Source: Pirellulales bacterium (lineage in GTDB: Bacteria; Planctomycetota; Planctomycetia; Pirellulales; JAICIG01). From it: a stretch of DNA of 51,383 nucleotides. Positions within the stretch are counted from its first letter, which is position 1, and the number at the start of each line of letters is the position of its first letter. The position numbers and the translations under genes are program-made. Positions 7,722 to 17,138 of this stretch are shown piece by piece. The stretch is from contig JBBDYJ010000034.1 of assembly GCA_040901675.1 (NCBI GenBank), forward strand, positions 48,094 to 99,476, written 5' to 3'. The notes under the pieces were generated by a model. It ran no database searches. It was not told the DNA's origin and worked only from the letters and a program-made list of their open reading frames with translations.

Positions 7722-9163
7722 TCGATCGCACCATTGTCATCGTTGGGGCCGGTCCCGCCGGCATGTCGGCCGCGATTGCGGCGGCCGAGGCGGGTCTGGA
7801 GCCGACGGTCATCGACGAAAACAGCCAGGTGGGCGGACAGATCTACCGCCAGCCTCCCGCCGCCTTTTCAGCCGCGAAAGAACCAACTCACGCCCCCGAT
7901 GCAGCTCGCGGCGCCGAACTGCGCCGGAAGTTCGAAAGCTTCAAAGGGCGAATCGAGTTGTTGAAGGGGACCACGGCCTGGGGCCTATTCCCGCCGAAGC
8001 GGCTGGCGATTTCCGGCGCGGACGGCTGGGAGATGATCCAAGCCGAGCATCTGATCCTGGCAACGGGTGCTTATGAGTACGTGCCTCCTTTCCCGGGCTG
8101 GACATTGCCCGGCGTGATGACTCCCGGCGGCGCGCAGGTGATGGTCAAGTCGATGCGGATGCTCCCCGGCCGCCGCATCCTTCTGGCCGGAACGGGACCA
8201 TTCCTGCTGGTCGTCGCCCAGACGCTGCACCAGGCCGGGGCCGACGTGGTCGGCATTGTCGAGGCGGCCGGAAAGCGGGATGGATTGCGGGTGCTGAGCG
8301 GCCTGGTTGCCGAGCCCGGCCTGCTTCTTCAGGGTTGGCGGCTGCTTCGCCAGGTCCGCCGGGCGGGGATTCCGATCTTCTGGCGGCACGTGCTGCTTGA
8401 AGCCCAAGGCGACGATGAGACCCGCCAGGCCGTTTATGCGCCTTGCGATGCTCAGTGGCACCCGGACCGATCGCGGCCGCGGACCGCCGCGGTCGATACG
8501 CTTTGCGTCGGCTACGGATTCGTGCCCCGCTCGCAGTTGGCCCAGCTTGCCGGCTGCCGGATGCGGTATGCCGACGAGTTGGGCGGCTGGATCCCACAAA
8601 CGGACGACAACCTTCAGACCAGTGTGCCAGGCATCTGGGCGGCCGGCGACGGAGCGGGCGTGGCCGGATCGCTGGTCGCCGAAGTGGAAGGAACGCTGGC
8701 TGGGCTGGCGGTGGCTCATCAGCTCGGCGCACTGGAGCGGCAGGAGTTTGAAGAGGCATCCCGGCCCGTTCGCCGCCGGCTGGCAAAACTGCGGCGATTC
8801 CGAGCGGCTCTGGATCGCGTGTCGCGGATCCGGCCCGGTCTTAGCACGCTGGCGAATAATGAATCGCTCGTGTGCCGCTGCGAGGAGTTGTCGCTGGGCG
8901 AAATCGAGACCGGCATCGCCGCCGGCGGCACCGATATCCGCACGCTCAAAGTCATGAGCCGCCTGGGAATGGGGCCTTGCCAGGGGAGGATGTGCTGGCC
9001 GGCCATGGCCCGCTACCTGGCTGGTCGAACGGGCCGCTCGATCGAAGAAATCGGTCCCTTGAGCATTCGCCCGCCCGTCCAGCCACTGACCGTGGGCGCG
9101 CTGGCGGACGGTGACGGCATGGCAGCCGTCTCACGAAGCGATGCGGGCGAGGTGTGGCCATGA
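7718..9163 (+). CDS. hcnB: HcnB/OoxA-like FAD/NAD(P)-binding oxidoreductase with C-terminal BFD-like 2Fe-2S domain
   Basis: GAGPAG, PFPGWTLPGVM, VGYGFVPR, VCRCEE, GMGPCQGRMC. Confidence 0.7.
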   Translation: MIDRTIVIVGAGPAGMSAAIAAAEAGLEPTVIDENSQVGGQIYRQPPAAFSAAKEPTHAPDAARGAELRRKFESFKGRIELLKGTTAWGLFPPKRLAISGADGWEMIQAEHLILATGAYEYVPPFPGWTLPGVMTPGGAQVMVKSMRMLPGRRILLAGTGPFLLVVAQTLHQAGADVVGIVEAAGKRDGLRVLSGLVAEPGLLLQGWRLLRQVRRAGIPIFWRHVLLEAQGDDETRQAVYAPCDAQWHPDRSRPRTAAVDTLCVGYGFVPRSQLAQLAGCRMRYADELGGWIPQTDDNLQTSVPGIWAAGDGAGVAGSLVAEVEGTLAGLAVAHQLGALERQEFEEASRPVRRRLAKLRRFRAALDRVSRIRPGLSTLANNESLVCRCEELSLGEIETGIAAGGTDIRTLKVMSRLGMGPCQGRMCWPAMARYLAGRTGRSIEEIGPLSIRPPVQPLTVGALADGDGMAAVSRSDAGEVWP

Positions 9164-10398
9164 AACGCCATCATGAAGTCATCGTGGTCGGCGGGGGCGT
9201 GATCGGCTGTGCCGTTGCTTATGAGCTGTCGAAACGGTCGGTCAAGGTGCTGCTGATCGACAAGAGTTTGCCGGGCCGGGCCACTTCCGCGTCGGCGGGG
9301 GGGCTTTGGCCTCTTGGCGAAGCGGTGGGGCTGGGCTGCGGCGTGATTTACCATGCCGCGGCCGCCGATGCGGGTGAGCAGGGATCCGCCGATCCGTCGC
9401 ATCCGGAAGCATTGCCCGAAGCTTTTCGCGAATTTCTCGTTCAAAGCAATGCCAGGTTTCCCAAACTGTCGGAGGAGTTGCGAGCCCGAAGTGGCGTCGA
9501 TATCGAATACCAACCGGGCGCCGGCCTTTTGTTTGCAATCTACAACGAAAGCGATCTCGCGTTTGTCGAGCAAGTGGCACGTTCCATGCCGGCCGAAGCG
9601 CGGCTCGATCGGCTGTCGGCCGAAGAAGTTGGCCGCCTGGAGCCTCAACTCACGCGGGACTTGCTCGGCGGCGCCCTGTTGGCAGGCGAGCACCAGGTCA
9701 ATCCGATGGCATTGGCCGAGGCATTCAAGCGGGCGGCGATGCAACTAGGAACCGAGTTCCGCCACCATGTGCAGGTGACCGCGCTGCGCCGGCAAGGCCA
9801 ACGGATGCTGGGCGTGGAAACGGCCGACGGGTTCTTGCCCTGTGGATGGGTCGTCAATGCCGCCGGCGCGTGGGCCGGGCCACTGGCCGCAACGGCCGGA
9901 CTGAGCATCCCCGTCTTCCCGGTACGTGGCCAGATTGTGCTCACGGAGTCGTTGCCGCGGGTTCTCAATTCATGTCTCAGCACGTCGTCTTGTTATCTGA
10001 GCCAGAAGGAGCACGGCGAAGTTCTCATCGGCAGCACAACCGAACGGGTCGGTTTCGACGTCTCGGTGACCGAAGACGCCATCCGCTCGCTCTGCCAAGG
10101 CGCCTGCCGGGCAGTGCCGATGCTGCGCCACGTGAACGTCAAGCGCGTCTGGGCGGGGCTTCGGCCCGGCACTCCCGACGAGTTGCCCATTTTGGGTCCC
10201 ATGGCGGGCCTGGAGGGGTATATCAATGCCGCGGGCGGATTCCGTACCGGCATTGTGGCGGCTCCCTTGACCGGCCGCGTCGTCGCGCAAGCCGTCATCG
10301 GCGAGCCGACCGACGTTTCCTTGCATCCCTTTTCGGCGGCCCGATTCTCGAGGCAGTCGCTTGCGGGCCAGGGAGCCTCGCATCGCGAGGGAGCTTGA
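9160..10398 (+). CDS. hcnC: HcnC-like FAD-dependent glycine/amino-acid oxidoreductase (DAO family)
   Basis: GGGVIG; SAGGLWPLGEAVGLGCGVI closely matches the Pseudomonas HcnC segment as I recall it; WAGLRPGTPDELPILG; FRTGI; ATGA overlap. Confidence 0.75.
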   Translation: MKRHHEVIVVGGGVIGCAVAYELSKRSVKVLLIDKSLPGRATSASAGGLWPLGEAVGLGCGVIYHAAAADAGEQGSADPSHPEALPEAFREFLVQSNARFPKLSEELRARSGVDIEYQPGAGLLFAIYNESDLAFVEQVARSMPAEARLDRLSAEEVGRLEPQLTRDLLGGALLAGEHQVNPMALAEAFKRAAMQLGTEFRHHVQVTALRRQGQRMLGVETADGFLPCGWVVNAAGAWAGPLAATAGLSIPVFPVRGQIVLTESLPRVLNSCLSTSSCYLSQKEHGEVLIGSTTERVGFDVSVTEDAIRSLCQGACRAVPMLRHVNVKRVWAGLRPGTPDELPILGPMAGLEGYINAAGGFRTGIVAAPLTGRVVAQAVIGEPTDVSLHPFSAARFSRQSLAGQGASHREGA

Positions 10399-10402
10399 CC
10401 GA

Positions 10403-11776
10403 TCAGTCGGCCAGATGCCGGGCCGCCACCACCACGCGCACATCACAAACGTTGGTGTGGGTCGGACCCGTGCGGATCAGCGCATCGAGCGGCGCGAAGA
10501 AGTGGTAGGCGTCGCAGCGGGCCAGGTGATCGGCCGGGTCGAGCCCGAGCCGAACTGCGGCTTCGACCACCGTCTGGTCGACCACCGCCCCGGCCGCATC
10601 CGTCGGACCATCCTCACCGTCGGTGCCGCCCGAAACCAGCGCGATACCCCGGCAAGCGGTCGGCATCAGTTGTTCCAGGGCCGCCAAGGCCAGTTGCTGA
10701 TTCCGCCCCCCGAGGCCGCGGATGTCCGCCGCTGGCAGGCGGACCACCGGCTCGCCGCCCGTGACCAGGCAGTCCGGCCCATCGTGGGCGCGCATACGCA
10801 GTGCCAGCTCGGCATGCCGGCGGCCTACGGCTTCCGCCGGTCCTTCCAACTCGGTGGCGTGATCGAGCGACGGCGTATAGCCGAGCCGGCGTGCCTCGGC
10901 AGCGGCCCCTTCGACCGCAGTCGCATTGTTTCCGATGACCAGGTTGGTGACACGGCATCCGGTGCCGTCGCGCTGGAGTGAGACGGTTCGCGCGAGGTGC
11001 TCCACGATAGTCGGCGAAATCCCGCGCGCCCGGTGGCGGTCGAGCACCTCGAGGGCCTGCTCGCGCGTGGAAGTGTCCGGCACGGTCGGTCCCGAGGCGA
11101 TTACATCGAGTGGATCTCCCAGGACGTCGGAAATCACCAGCGCAACCAGCCTGCCCGCCCGGCAGGCCCGCGCCAGACCGCCCCCCTTGATACGGCTGAG
11201 CTGCTTGCGGACGGTATTCAGCTCGGCGATGTTCGCCCCGGATTCGCTCAGGTGCCTGGTAATGGCCAGCTTGTCGGCCAGCGAGATGCCTTCGACCGGC
11301 GCCGGCAAGAGGGCACTGGCCCCTCCGGAGATCAGTGCAAAGCAAAGATCGTCCGGCGTCAGCGAGGCCGCCAACCGCAGGATGGCATCGGTCCCGGCCA
11401 CGCCCTGCTCGGTCGGTTCGTTGCGGCCCGCCGGCCGGGCGGAGTGCAAATGGATCGGGCCCGCCGGCCGGACACAGTCGGCCGGCACGTTGATCCAGCC
11501 CCGGACCTGCCTGCTGGCCAAAAGCTCGGCTCCCAAGGCGTCGAGCAGACCCTGGGCCATGCCGGCGCCGGCCTTGCCTCCTCCGACGACGGCGATGCGG
11601 CCGACGGAGGCCAGATCGATGAAGTCGATCGGGTCGCCGCCAGGCGCCGACAGCCACAACCTGGAGTCGCGGACCTCGACCGCCTGCCGCACGAGCCGTG
11701 CGGAGTCGACCGCCGCTACGCCGGCCCGCCAGATGTGCAGGGCATCACGGCGCAATTGGGCTTCGCAGCGCGGCAT
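10403..11776 (-). CDS. Glycerate 2-kinase (GckA/TtuD, DUF4147 + MOFRL)
   Basis: GGGKA, LISGGASAL, ISDVLGDP..IASGPT, GGRNQ, GTDGEDG, TGPTHTNVCD. Confidence 0.9.
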   Translation of the reverse strand: MPRCEAQLRRDALHIWRAGVAAVDSARLVRQAVEVRDSRLWLSAPGGDPIDFIDLASVGRIAVVGGGKAGAGMAQGLLDALGAELLASRQVRGWINVPADCVRPAGPIHLHSARPAGRNEPTEQGVAGTDAILRLAASLTPDDLCFALISGGASALLPAPVEGISLADKLAITRHLSESGANIAELNTVRKQLSRIKGGGLARACRAGRLVALVISDVLGDPLDVIASGPTVPDTSTREQALEVLDRHRARGISPTIVEHLARTVSLQRDGTGCRVTNLVIGNNATAVEGAAAEARRLGYTPSLDHATELEGPAEAVGRRHAELALRMRAHDGPDCLVTGGEPVVRLPAADIRGLGGRNQQLALAALEQLMPTACRGIALVSGGTDGEDGPTDAAGAVVDQTVVEAAVRLGLDPADHLARCDAYHFFAPLDALIRTGPTHTNVCDVRVVVAARHLAD

Positions 11777-11778
11777 CG

Positions 11779-12387
11779 CTATAGTTTCACCCGAACGGCA
11801 TCCAGCCACTGTGCTTGACGCTCGAACGTGAAATGCCCCAGGTTGTTGGGGGCGGCGGCGCACAAGAGCATTCCAACGAGCAGCGCGCGTCCTTCAGCCT
11901 CGAATCGTCCCGCCACGGCGCACCAGGGGCTATCCTTGCCCGGCGTGCCCAGAAGCCTCTGTTGCGCGAACAAGGCATTGGCAAACCCTTGGGTGCTCAG
12001 TTGCGGCGGCCAGAGCTTGATCCGCGAGTGGTGAGCGTGCAACACTCGGGCCAAGCCCGGCATGAAGGCATCGAGCAGGGCCGCCAGCCTTTCCATGGGC
12101 GGCAAGTCGTGCCCGCGCCCGGCTGGTGCCAAGACCAGCGCGGCGACGCGGACGGGTACGTGATACAGCTCCAGCGCGGGGACACCCGGCATCGGCCCGC
12201 CGCTGCCCAGTTCCGCCAGGTCGATGTCCAACGGCCGAGGCGCCATTGGAACGGGCCGACGACGCCGTAGCCAGATCCACACCGCGCTGGCCGCAAGCAG
12301 GAGCCCGAGAAGTACAAGCAGAGACGCAAGTCCGGCGCTGCCTCCGAGCTGCCCGATAAGCCCAGCCGGTAGCGGAGTCGTGTCCAT
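11779..12387 (-). CDS. Hypothetical protein with N-terminal membrane anchor
   Basis: One hydrophobic segment then RRRR; tightly packed between neighbours. Confidence 0.7.
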   Translation of the reverse strand: MDTTPLPAGLIGQLGGSAGLASLLVLLGLLLAASAVWIWLRRRRPVPMAPRPLDIDLAELGSGGPMPGVPALELYHVPVRVAALVLAPAGRGHDLPPMERLAALLDAFMPGLARVLHAHHSRIKLWPPQLSTQGFANALFAQQRLLGTPGKDSPWCAVAGRFEAEGRALLVGMLLCAAAPNNLGHFTFERQAQWLDAVRVKL

Positions 12388-12404
12388 GCGCCCAAGTTGC
12401 CTCG

Positions 12405-12920
12405 TTACAAAGACGGCAGGGGGTCGGTTCGGTTAGCCGGATCCTTCAGTGCCTGGATGAGAGCCGGAATGGCTTCCCTGGCCGCGGGTCCCATCTGCCC
12501 CAAGGCCCGGGCCGCACCCTGCCGCACCAGCTTGTTCTCGTCGGAAAGCGTCGCGATCAACGCGGGAACGGCGTCGCGTCCAACAAGTCCCATGCGGGCG
12601 AGGGCTCGCGTCGCTTGCAGACGCACCTCGGCGTCCGGATCGGCAAGCGCCTCGATCAACGGCGGCACCGCCTCCGCGCCGATGCGAGCCAAGGCGTCAG
12701 CCGCGGTCTCCGTGACCCCCGTGACGCGGACGGCCGAAACGACGGCCAGACGCGGCTGCATGTCGAATTGCCGCTCGAACCGCTCCCGCTGCCGCCGCAT
12801 TTCCTCGGCCGTGGGACGCCCCCCGGGCGGGCCGCCGCCGGGCGCCCCTTCGCACCCGCCGGCGATGAGGCAGCCAACGCTCAGCAGCAGCCAGGCCAAA
12901 CTGGTACGCCGCACATTCAT
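12405..12920 (-). CDS. HEAT/PBS-lyase repeat lipoprotein
   Basis: Lipobox-like IAGGC; repeats AVPPLIEALADPDAEVR, AVPALIATLSDENKLVR. Confidence 0.8.
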   Translation of the reverse strand: MNVRRTSLAWLLLSVGCLIAGGCEGAPGGGPPGGRPTAEEMRRQRERFERQFDMQPRLAVVSAVRVTGVTETAADALARIGAEAVPPLIEALADPDAEVRLQATRALARMGLVGRDAVPALIATLSDENKLVRQGAARALGQMGPAAREAIPALIQALKDPANRTDPLPSL

Positions 12921-13160
12921 GGGCTAAGGTTCCCTGCACGGTTGGGAGGCCTTCTCCTAGCATGCACTGGTTCAACCGGCCTGTCCAGCCGGGCCGGCGG
13001 CGCCCGACGCGGCTCTTCCCCGGAGGTGCCGCGAGGACCAATGGTCAACCTCGGCGCGAATCGGTAGGATTGTACCGGATCATGGACTGCTTTCGCCGGG
13101 GGATCCTGCCAGCGCGGGACGGCGAGTGGTTTCCATTCGGTCCAGGAGGCGAGAAAACTC

Positions 13161-14507
13161 GTGAAATACCTGGCGAGGATCTGCATTTGCCTGGCCTGGC
13201 CGGCGGCCATGGCGGTCCCGGTTTTGGCCGAGGAACGCGTGGGGCCGCTGGCCGAGTATGTCGGGGCGCCCGATGCCAGTTTTGCCTGGGTCAAGCGCCG
13301 CGAGGGACGGCTGGGCGGCAACTCCTATGTGGAGCTCACGCTCACATCGCAGACCTGGCGCGGCATTGCCTGGAAGCATCAGCTTTTCATCATCAAGCCC
13401 GACCGCGTGCGCGATGCATCCAGGGCCCTGCTCTTGATCGGCGGGGGAAGCTGGAGCGACGAACTGGCCAAGCCGATCACCGATGGCGAGGCGCAGTTGC
13501 CTCGCGAGGCGGCCCTGCTATCGAGCCTGGCGGCCGAGATCGCCGCGCCGGTCGCGGTTCTGCTGCACGTGCCGCAACAGCCGATCTTCGGCGGGATGTA
13601 CGAGGACGACATCATTGCGCACACGTTTGTGGAGTACATGAAGACCCGCGATCCGACCTGGCCGCTGTTGTTGCCGATGGTCAAAAGCGCGGTGCGAGGC
13701 ATGGATGCCGTGGCCGACTTCGCCCAGGACGAGTGGTCGCTGGAGATCAAGAACTTTACGCTCACCGGGGCGTCCAAGCGCGGCTGGACCACCTGGCTGG
13801 CCGCCGCCGTCGACCCGCGCGTCGACGCCCTGGCCCCGATGGTGATCGACGTATTGAACATGGCTCCCCAGATGCAGCACCAGCTCGACACGTGGGGCAA
13901 GTTCTCGGAGCAGATCGAGGATTACACCAAGCGCGGCATCCAGGGGCGCACCGCCACTGAGGAAGGGGCTCTGCTGCGGGGCATTGTGGACCCATACAGC
14001 TACCGCCAGGTGTTGATCCAGCCCAAGCTGATCCTGCTGGGAACCAACGACCGTTACTGGCCGCTGGACGCATTGAACCTCTACTGGGACGGGCTGCCGG
14101 GCGAGAAGCACGTGCTGTACGTTCCCAACAACGGCCACGGATTGCGGGACTTCGCGCGAGTGGTCGGCTCGATCGCCGCTTTGCACCGCCAGGCGGCCGG
14201 CGAGCTGAAGCTGCCGCGGCTCTCCTGGGATGTGGGGGCTAGCGAAGCGGGATTGCGGCTGGAGCTCCGATCCGATCGTCGACCGGCCCGGGTCCAGGCC
14301 TGGACGGCCAGCTCAGCGAGCAAGGACTTCCGCGAGGCCCGCTGGGAGAGTGTGACCCTCCAGGCCAATAGCGACACGTACCGACACGAGGTGTCGCGGC
14401 CGGCGGAGGGCTACGTGGCCATGTTCGGTGAGGCGATGTTCGAAACCGACGGCTTGCCGTACTTCCTTTCGACGAACGTCAAGATCCTTGGTCCCGCGAG
14501 CAAGTGA
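13161..14507 (+). CDS. PhoPQ-activated pathogenicity-related (PqaA) family exported hydrolase
   Basis: LTSQTW, LLLPMVKSAVRGMD, GASKRGWTTW, VDPYSY, YVPNNGH. Confidence 0.85.
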   Translation: MKYLARICICLAWPAAMAVPVLAEERVGPLAEYVGAPDASFAWVKRREGRLGGNSYVELTLTSQTWRGIAWKHQLFIIKPDRVRDASRALLLIGGGSWSDELAKPITDGEAQLPREAALLSSLAAEIAAPVAVLLHVPQQPIFGGMYEDDIIAHTFVEYMKTRDPTWPLLLPMVKSAVRGMDAVADFAQDEWSLEIKNFTLTGASKRGWTTWLAAAVDPRVDALAPMVIDVLNMAPQMQHQLDTWGKFSEQIEDYTKRGIQGRTATEEGALLRGIVDPYSYRQVLIQPKLILLGTNDRYWPLDALNLYWDGLPGEKHVLYVPNNGHGLRDFARVVGSIAALHRQAAGELKLPRLSWDVGASEAGLRLELRSDRRPARVQAWTASSASKDFREARWESVTLQANSDTYRHEVSRPAEGYVAMFGEAMFETDGLPYFLSTNVKILGPASK

Positions 14508-14539
14508 TCCCGCTGGCGGTTGTGTTGCAGCCATGCGCT

Positions 14540-15424
14540 TTAGAAGGGAGGAATCTCTTCGCCGCCTTGGATCGTTAGCAGGCCTTCTACTGTTTGTGCC
14601 GGCATCGTGCCGGGCAACATTTGCACCGAGCCATCGGCGAAAAGAGCATTTGCCCCACGCGGGTGATTGCTCGATATCTCGGTACTCCCGCCGTTGATCG
14701 CAAAGTTCATCTGGGCCAGGTCCAAGTCGCGAGGCTCCAACCAGTTGATTTGGGTGCCGCTGGATTCAACCACCAGCAAGGTATTTGCGACGCCGTCGCG
14801 GATATCTTTGAAGCGGGCGGCTTTCGAGCCGTCGAAGGCGGTTCCCTGACCGGCGACCACTACATAGCTGGTGATGCCTTGGCCCAGATTTGAACTGGAC
14901 ACGCACGCGTACTCAGGCGGCATGCTGGCGGCCAGGCGGCTGTTGTTCGGCCCGTTCCACGGCTCGTTGAAATCGTATTGGTCGTACAGATTCTTCTGCT
15001 CCAGATAGGGCAGCAGCAGGACCCGCCAGCTATGCATGGGCTGGCCATTCTCGTCCGCGATAAACGCCGGCGGAAACGACCCGTAGTGGTCGTGATAGTT
15101 GTACATAGCCGTGCCGATCTGCTTCAAATTGCTCGAGCACTGCGAACGCCGGGCAGCTTCGCGAGCCGCCTGGACCGCGGGGAGCAAGAGCGCGAGAAGG
15201 ATCCCGCCGCAGGCGATTAGGCCTACAACCGCCACCACCAAAACGATGACAACGATCGGCACGGTCGAGCTGGCCGGGGCCGCGGCGCGCGGCGGCACGG
15301 AGAATTGCCCGGCTGGAATGGTGACCGTCTGGCCGCAGCCGGCGCAGGGGCCCTTCTGGCCCGCGAACTGGTCGGCGACGTTGGTTTGTAATCCACAGTG
15401 CGGGCAAGTGAACTCGATCGGCAT
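14540..15424 (-). CDS. DUF1559 protein with N-terminal zinc ribbon
   Basis: CPHC...[45 protein letters not shown]9-DG ([12 protein letters not shown]). Confidence 0.9.
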   Translation of the reverse strand: MPIEFTCPHCGLQTNVADQFAGQKGPCAGCGQTVTIPAGQFSVPPRAAAPASSTVPIVVIVLVVAVVGLIACGGILLALLLPAVQAAREAARRSQCSSNLKQIGTAMYNYHDHYGSFPPAFIADENGQPMHSWRVLLLPYLEQKNLYDQYDFNEPWNGPNNSRLAASMPPEYACVSSSNLGQGITSYVVVAGQGTAFDGSKAARFKDIRDGVANTLLVVESSGTQINWLEPRDLDLAQMNFAINGGSTEISSNHPRGANALFADGSVQMLPGTMPAQTVEGLLTIQGGEEIPPF

Positions 15425-15542
15425 CGCCGTGCACCCCAGCAAACATCTGTTTCATGCTGCACACGGTGCGTCCGACTGCTCCATGTGCCTCGGTTCCGGA
15501 GACTCTAACCCATCCAGCCGGCAAAGGCAAACACGGGCAGAT

Positions 15543-17138
15543 TCAGGCTCCGGGCCCGGGCGGTTGTGGCATGTCCGGCATGCCCCGCGGCAGCATGCCC
15601 GGGGGCATGTCCTCAGGCATCATGCCGGAACCTTGGAACATGTCCTTCAGGATGAAATCCGTCGGGAACGGCAGGTCCAACTGCTGGAGCAGTTTGATGT
15701 AGCCGCGGATCGCGATCATGACGCTGTCGCTGCCGACCCTGTCGCTGAGCATGCGGGGATGCTCGTCCACGATCTCCCGCCAGAGGACAAATGCCTTCTC
15801 GTATGCCTCGCGGGCCTGCTCCAGGGCGGCCTCGTCGTAGAGCCTGCCGGCCTCGTAGATCAAGCGGCGCGCTTCGAGCGCGGCGGGCGTGCGTTCGACC
15901 TGGCACCGCATCCGCCAATACTCGAAGTTGACGATCTCGCGCTCGTGGTTGATAGCGTCGGCGTACGCATCGGCGAGGGCAGCCTTCCTTGCCAGTTCGG
16001 CCGCCCTCTCCTTGTCAGGGCCGGTAATCCGCTTGGCAACGTCCTCATGCGTGACGGCCAGTTTCCGCATTGCGTTGAAACTTCGCTGGAAGTCGTCCTC
16101 GTTGCGTGCTTCGAAGGGCATTTCCAGAGCATCCCGTTCGGCAGCCGTGAGGGCCGCCCGCTTTTCGGCCACAATCCGCTCGCGGAGCCCGGAGTCCAGT
16201 TCTTCCAGTTCAGCCTTCAGTTCGGCCGCCTGGTGCTGATACATCTCCAAGTCGTTGAGCCGGGCCGTCAGGCCGTCCAACGTCGGGAAGTTGCGTGCGC
16301 CATACTGCTGCCATTCGCGGAGAGCCTCCTCCCAGGAAATCCGCGCCTTTTCGCCGAAAGTGCCTTCTTCTTCCAAGGCGGCCGAGTAGTTGATCTGGCA
16401 CATGGCCGGCTCACTGTGAAAAGTGAGGGGATTCATGGTGCGCAGCAAGGACGGGTCGTCGTCGACCATCTGCTGGGCCTTTCGGAAGTATTCCTGTGCC
16501 ACCAGCCAGTTGTCGCGACGGTTCTGCGGTCGCTGGCTGTGGTTGGGATAGAGCTCGTCGTCGTCCTGGACAAACAGTTGCCGGAACTGGAGGTGCTCGT
16601 CCGCGCGGCCGATCTTGTGCCCGGTAAACCAGCCCATATCGTAGATCAAGCGGGGCTCGCTGGCGTTGTACCTGGTTCCTTTGTCGAGGAACTTGACCCC
16701 CTCCTTGACCCAGAAGTAGCGGTCGCGATAGTCGTCCCATTCGACCGAAACGTTGTAAGACAGGTTCCAGCCTTGGAACCGCCAGACGCTGATGTAATTG
16801 GGCTGCAGCTTCGAGAGCTGGTCGAGCGTCGCCGAAAGACTGGTCCAGTCCTCGTGGACCTTGTACGTGTTGGCCTTGCCCCAGAGGATATTGGCGGCCA
16901 CGCCCTTGAGTCCGAGGGTGGCCAGCTTGATCGTCTCGCTGGCCGGGTCGATCTCGCCCAGGTTGGCCTGGCCCAGTTCATACTTCTTGCGCAATTGCGC
17001 CAGACGTCCACCGGGCGTCGCCGGCCGGCCGGGACCCATCGACGTCGTGGCAGGCTGGCTGAAAAACGATAAGGGGACAATCAAGGCCGCGATCAACAGC
17101 ACGTAAACCAACCTGCGTACAAAGGTCTGCCGATTCAT
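15543..17138 (-). CDS. Conserved planctomycete hypothetical, membrane-anchored helical protein linked to an ABC system
   Basis: N-terminal TM, helical/TPR-like body, Met/Pro-rich tail; ATGA overlap with permease. Confidence 0.75.
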   Translation of the reverse strand: MNRQTFVRRLVYVLLIAALIVPLSFFSQPATTSMGPGRPATPGGRLAQLRKKYELGQANLGEIDPASETIKLATLGLKGVAANILWGKANTYKVHEDWTSLSATLDQLSKLQPNYISVWRFQGWNLSYNVSVEWDDYRDRYFWVKEGVKFLDKGTRYNASEPRLIYDMGWFTGHKIGRADEHLQFRQLFVQDDDELYPNHSQRPQNRRDNWLVAQEYFRKAQQMVDDDPSLLRTMNPLTFHSEPAMCQINYSAALEEEGTFGEKARISWEEALREWQQYGARNFPTLDGLTARLNDLEMYQHQAAELKAELEELDSGLRERIVAEKRAALTAAERDALEMPFEARNEDDFQRSFNAMRKLAVTHEDVAKRITGPDKERAAELARKAALADAYADAINHEREIVNFEYWRMRCQVERTPAALEARRLIYEAGRLYDEAALEQAREAYEKAFVLWREIVDEHPRMLSDRVGSDSVMIAIRGYIKLLQQLDLPFPTDFILKDMFQGSGMMPEDMPPGMLPRGMPDMPQPPGPGA

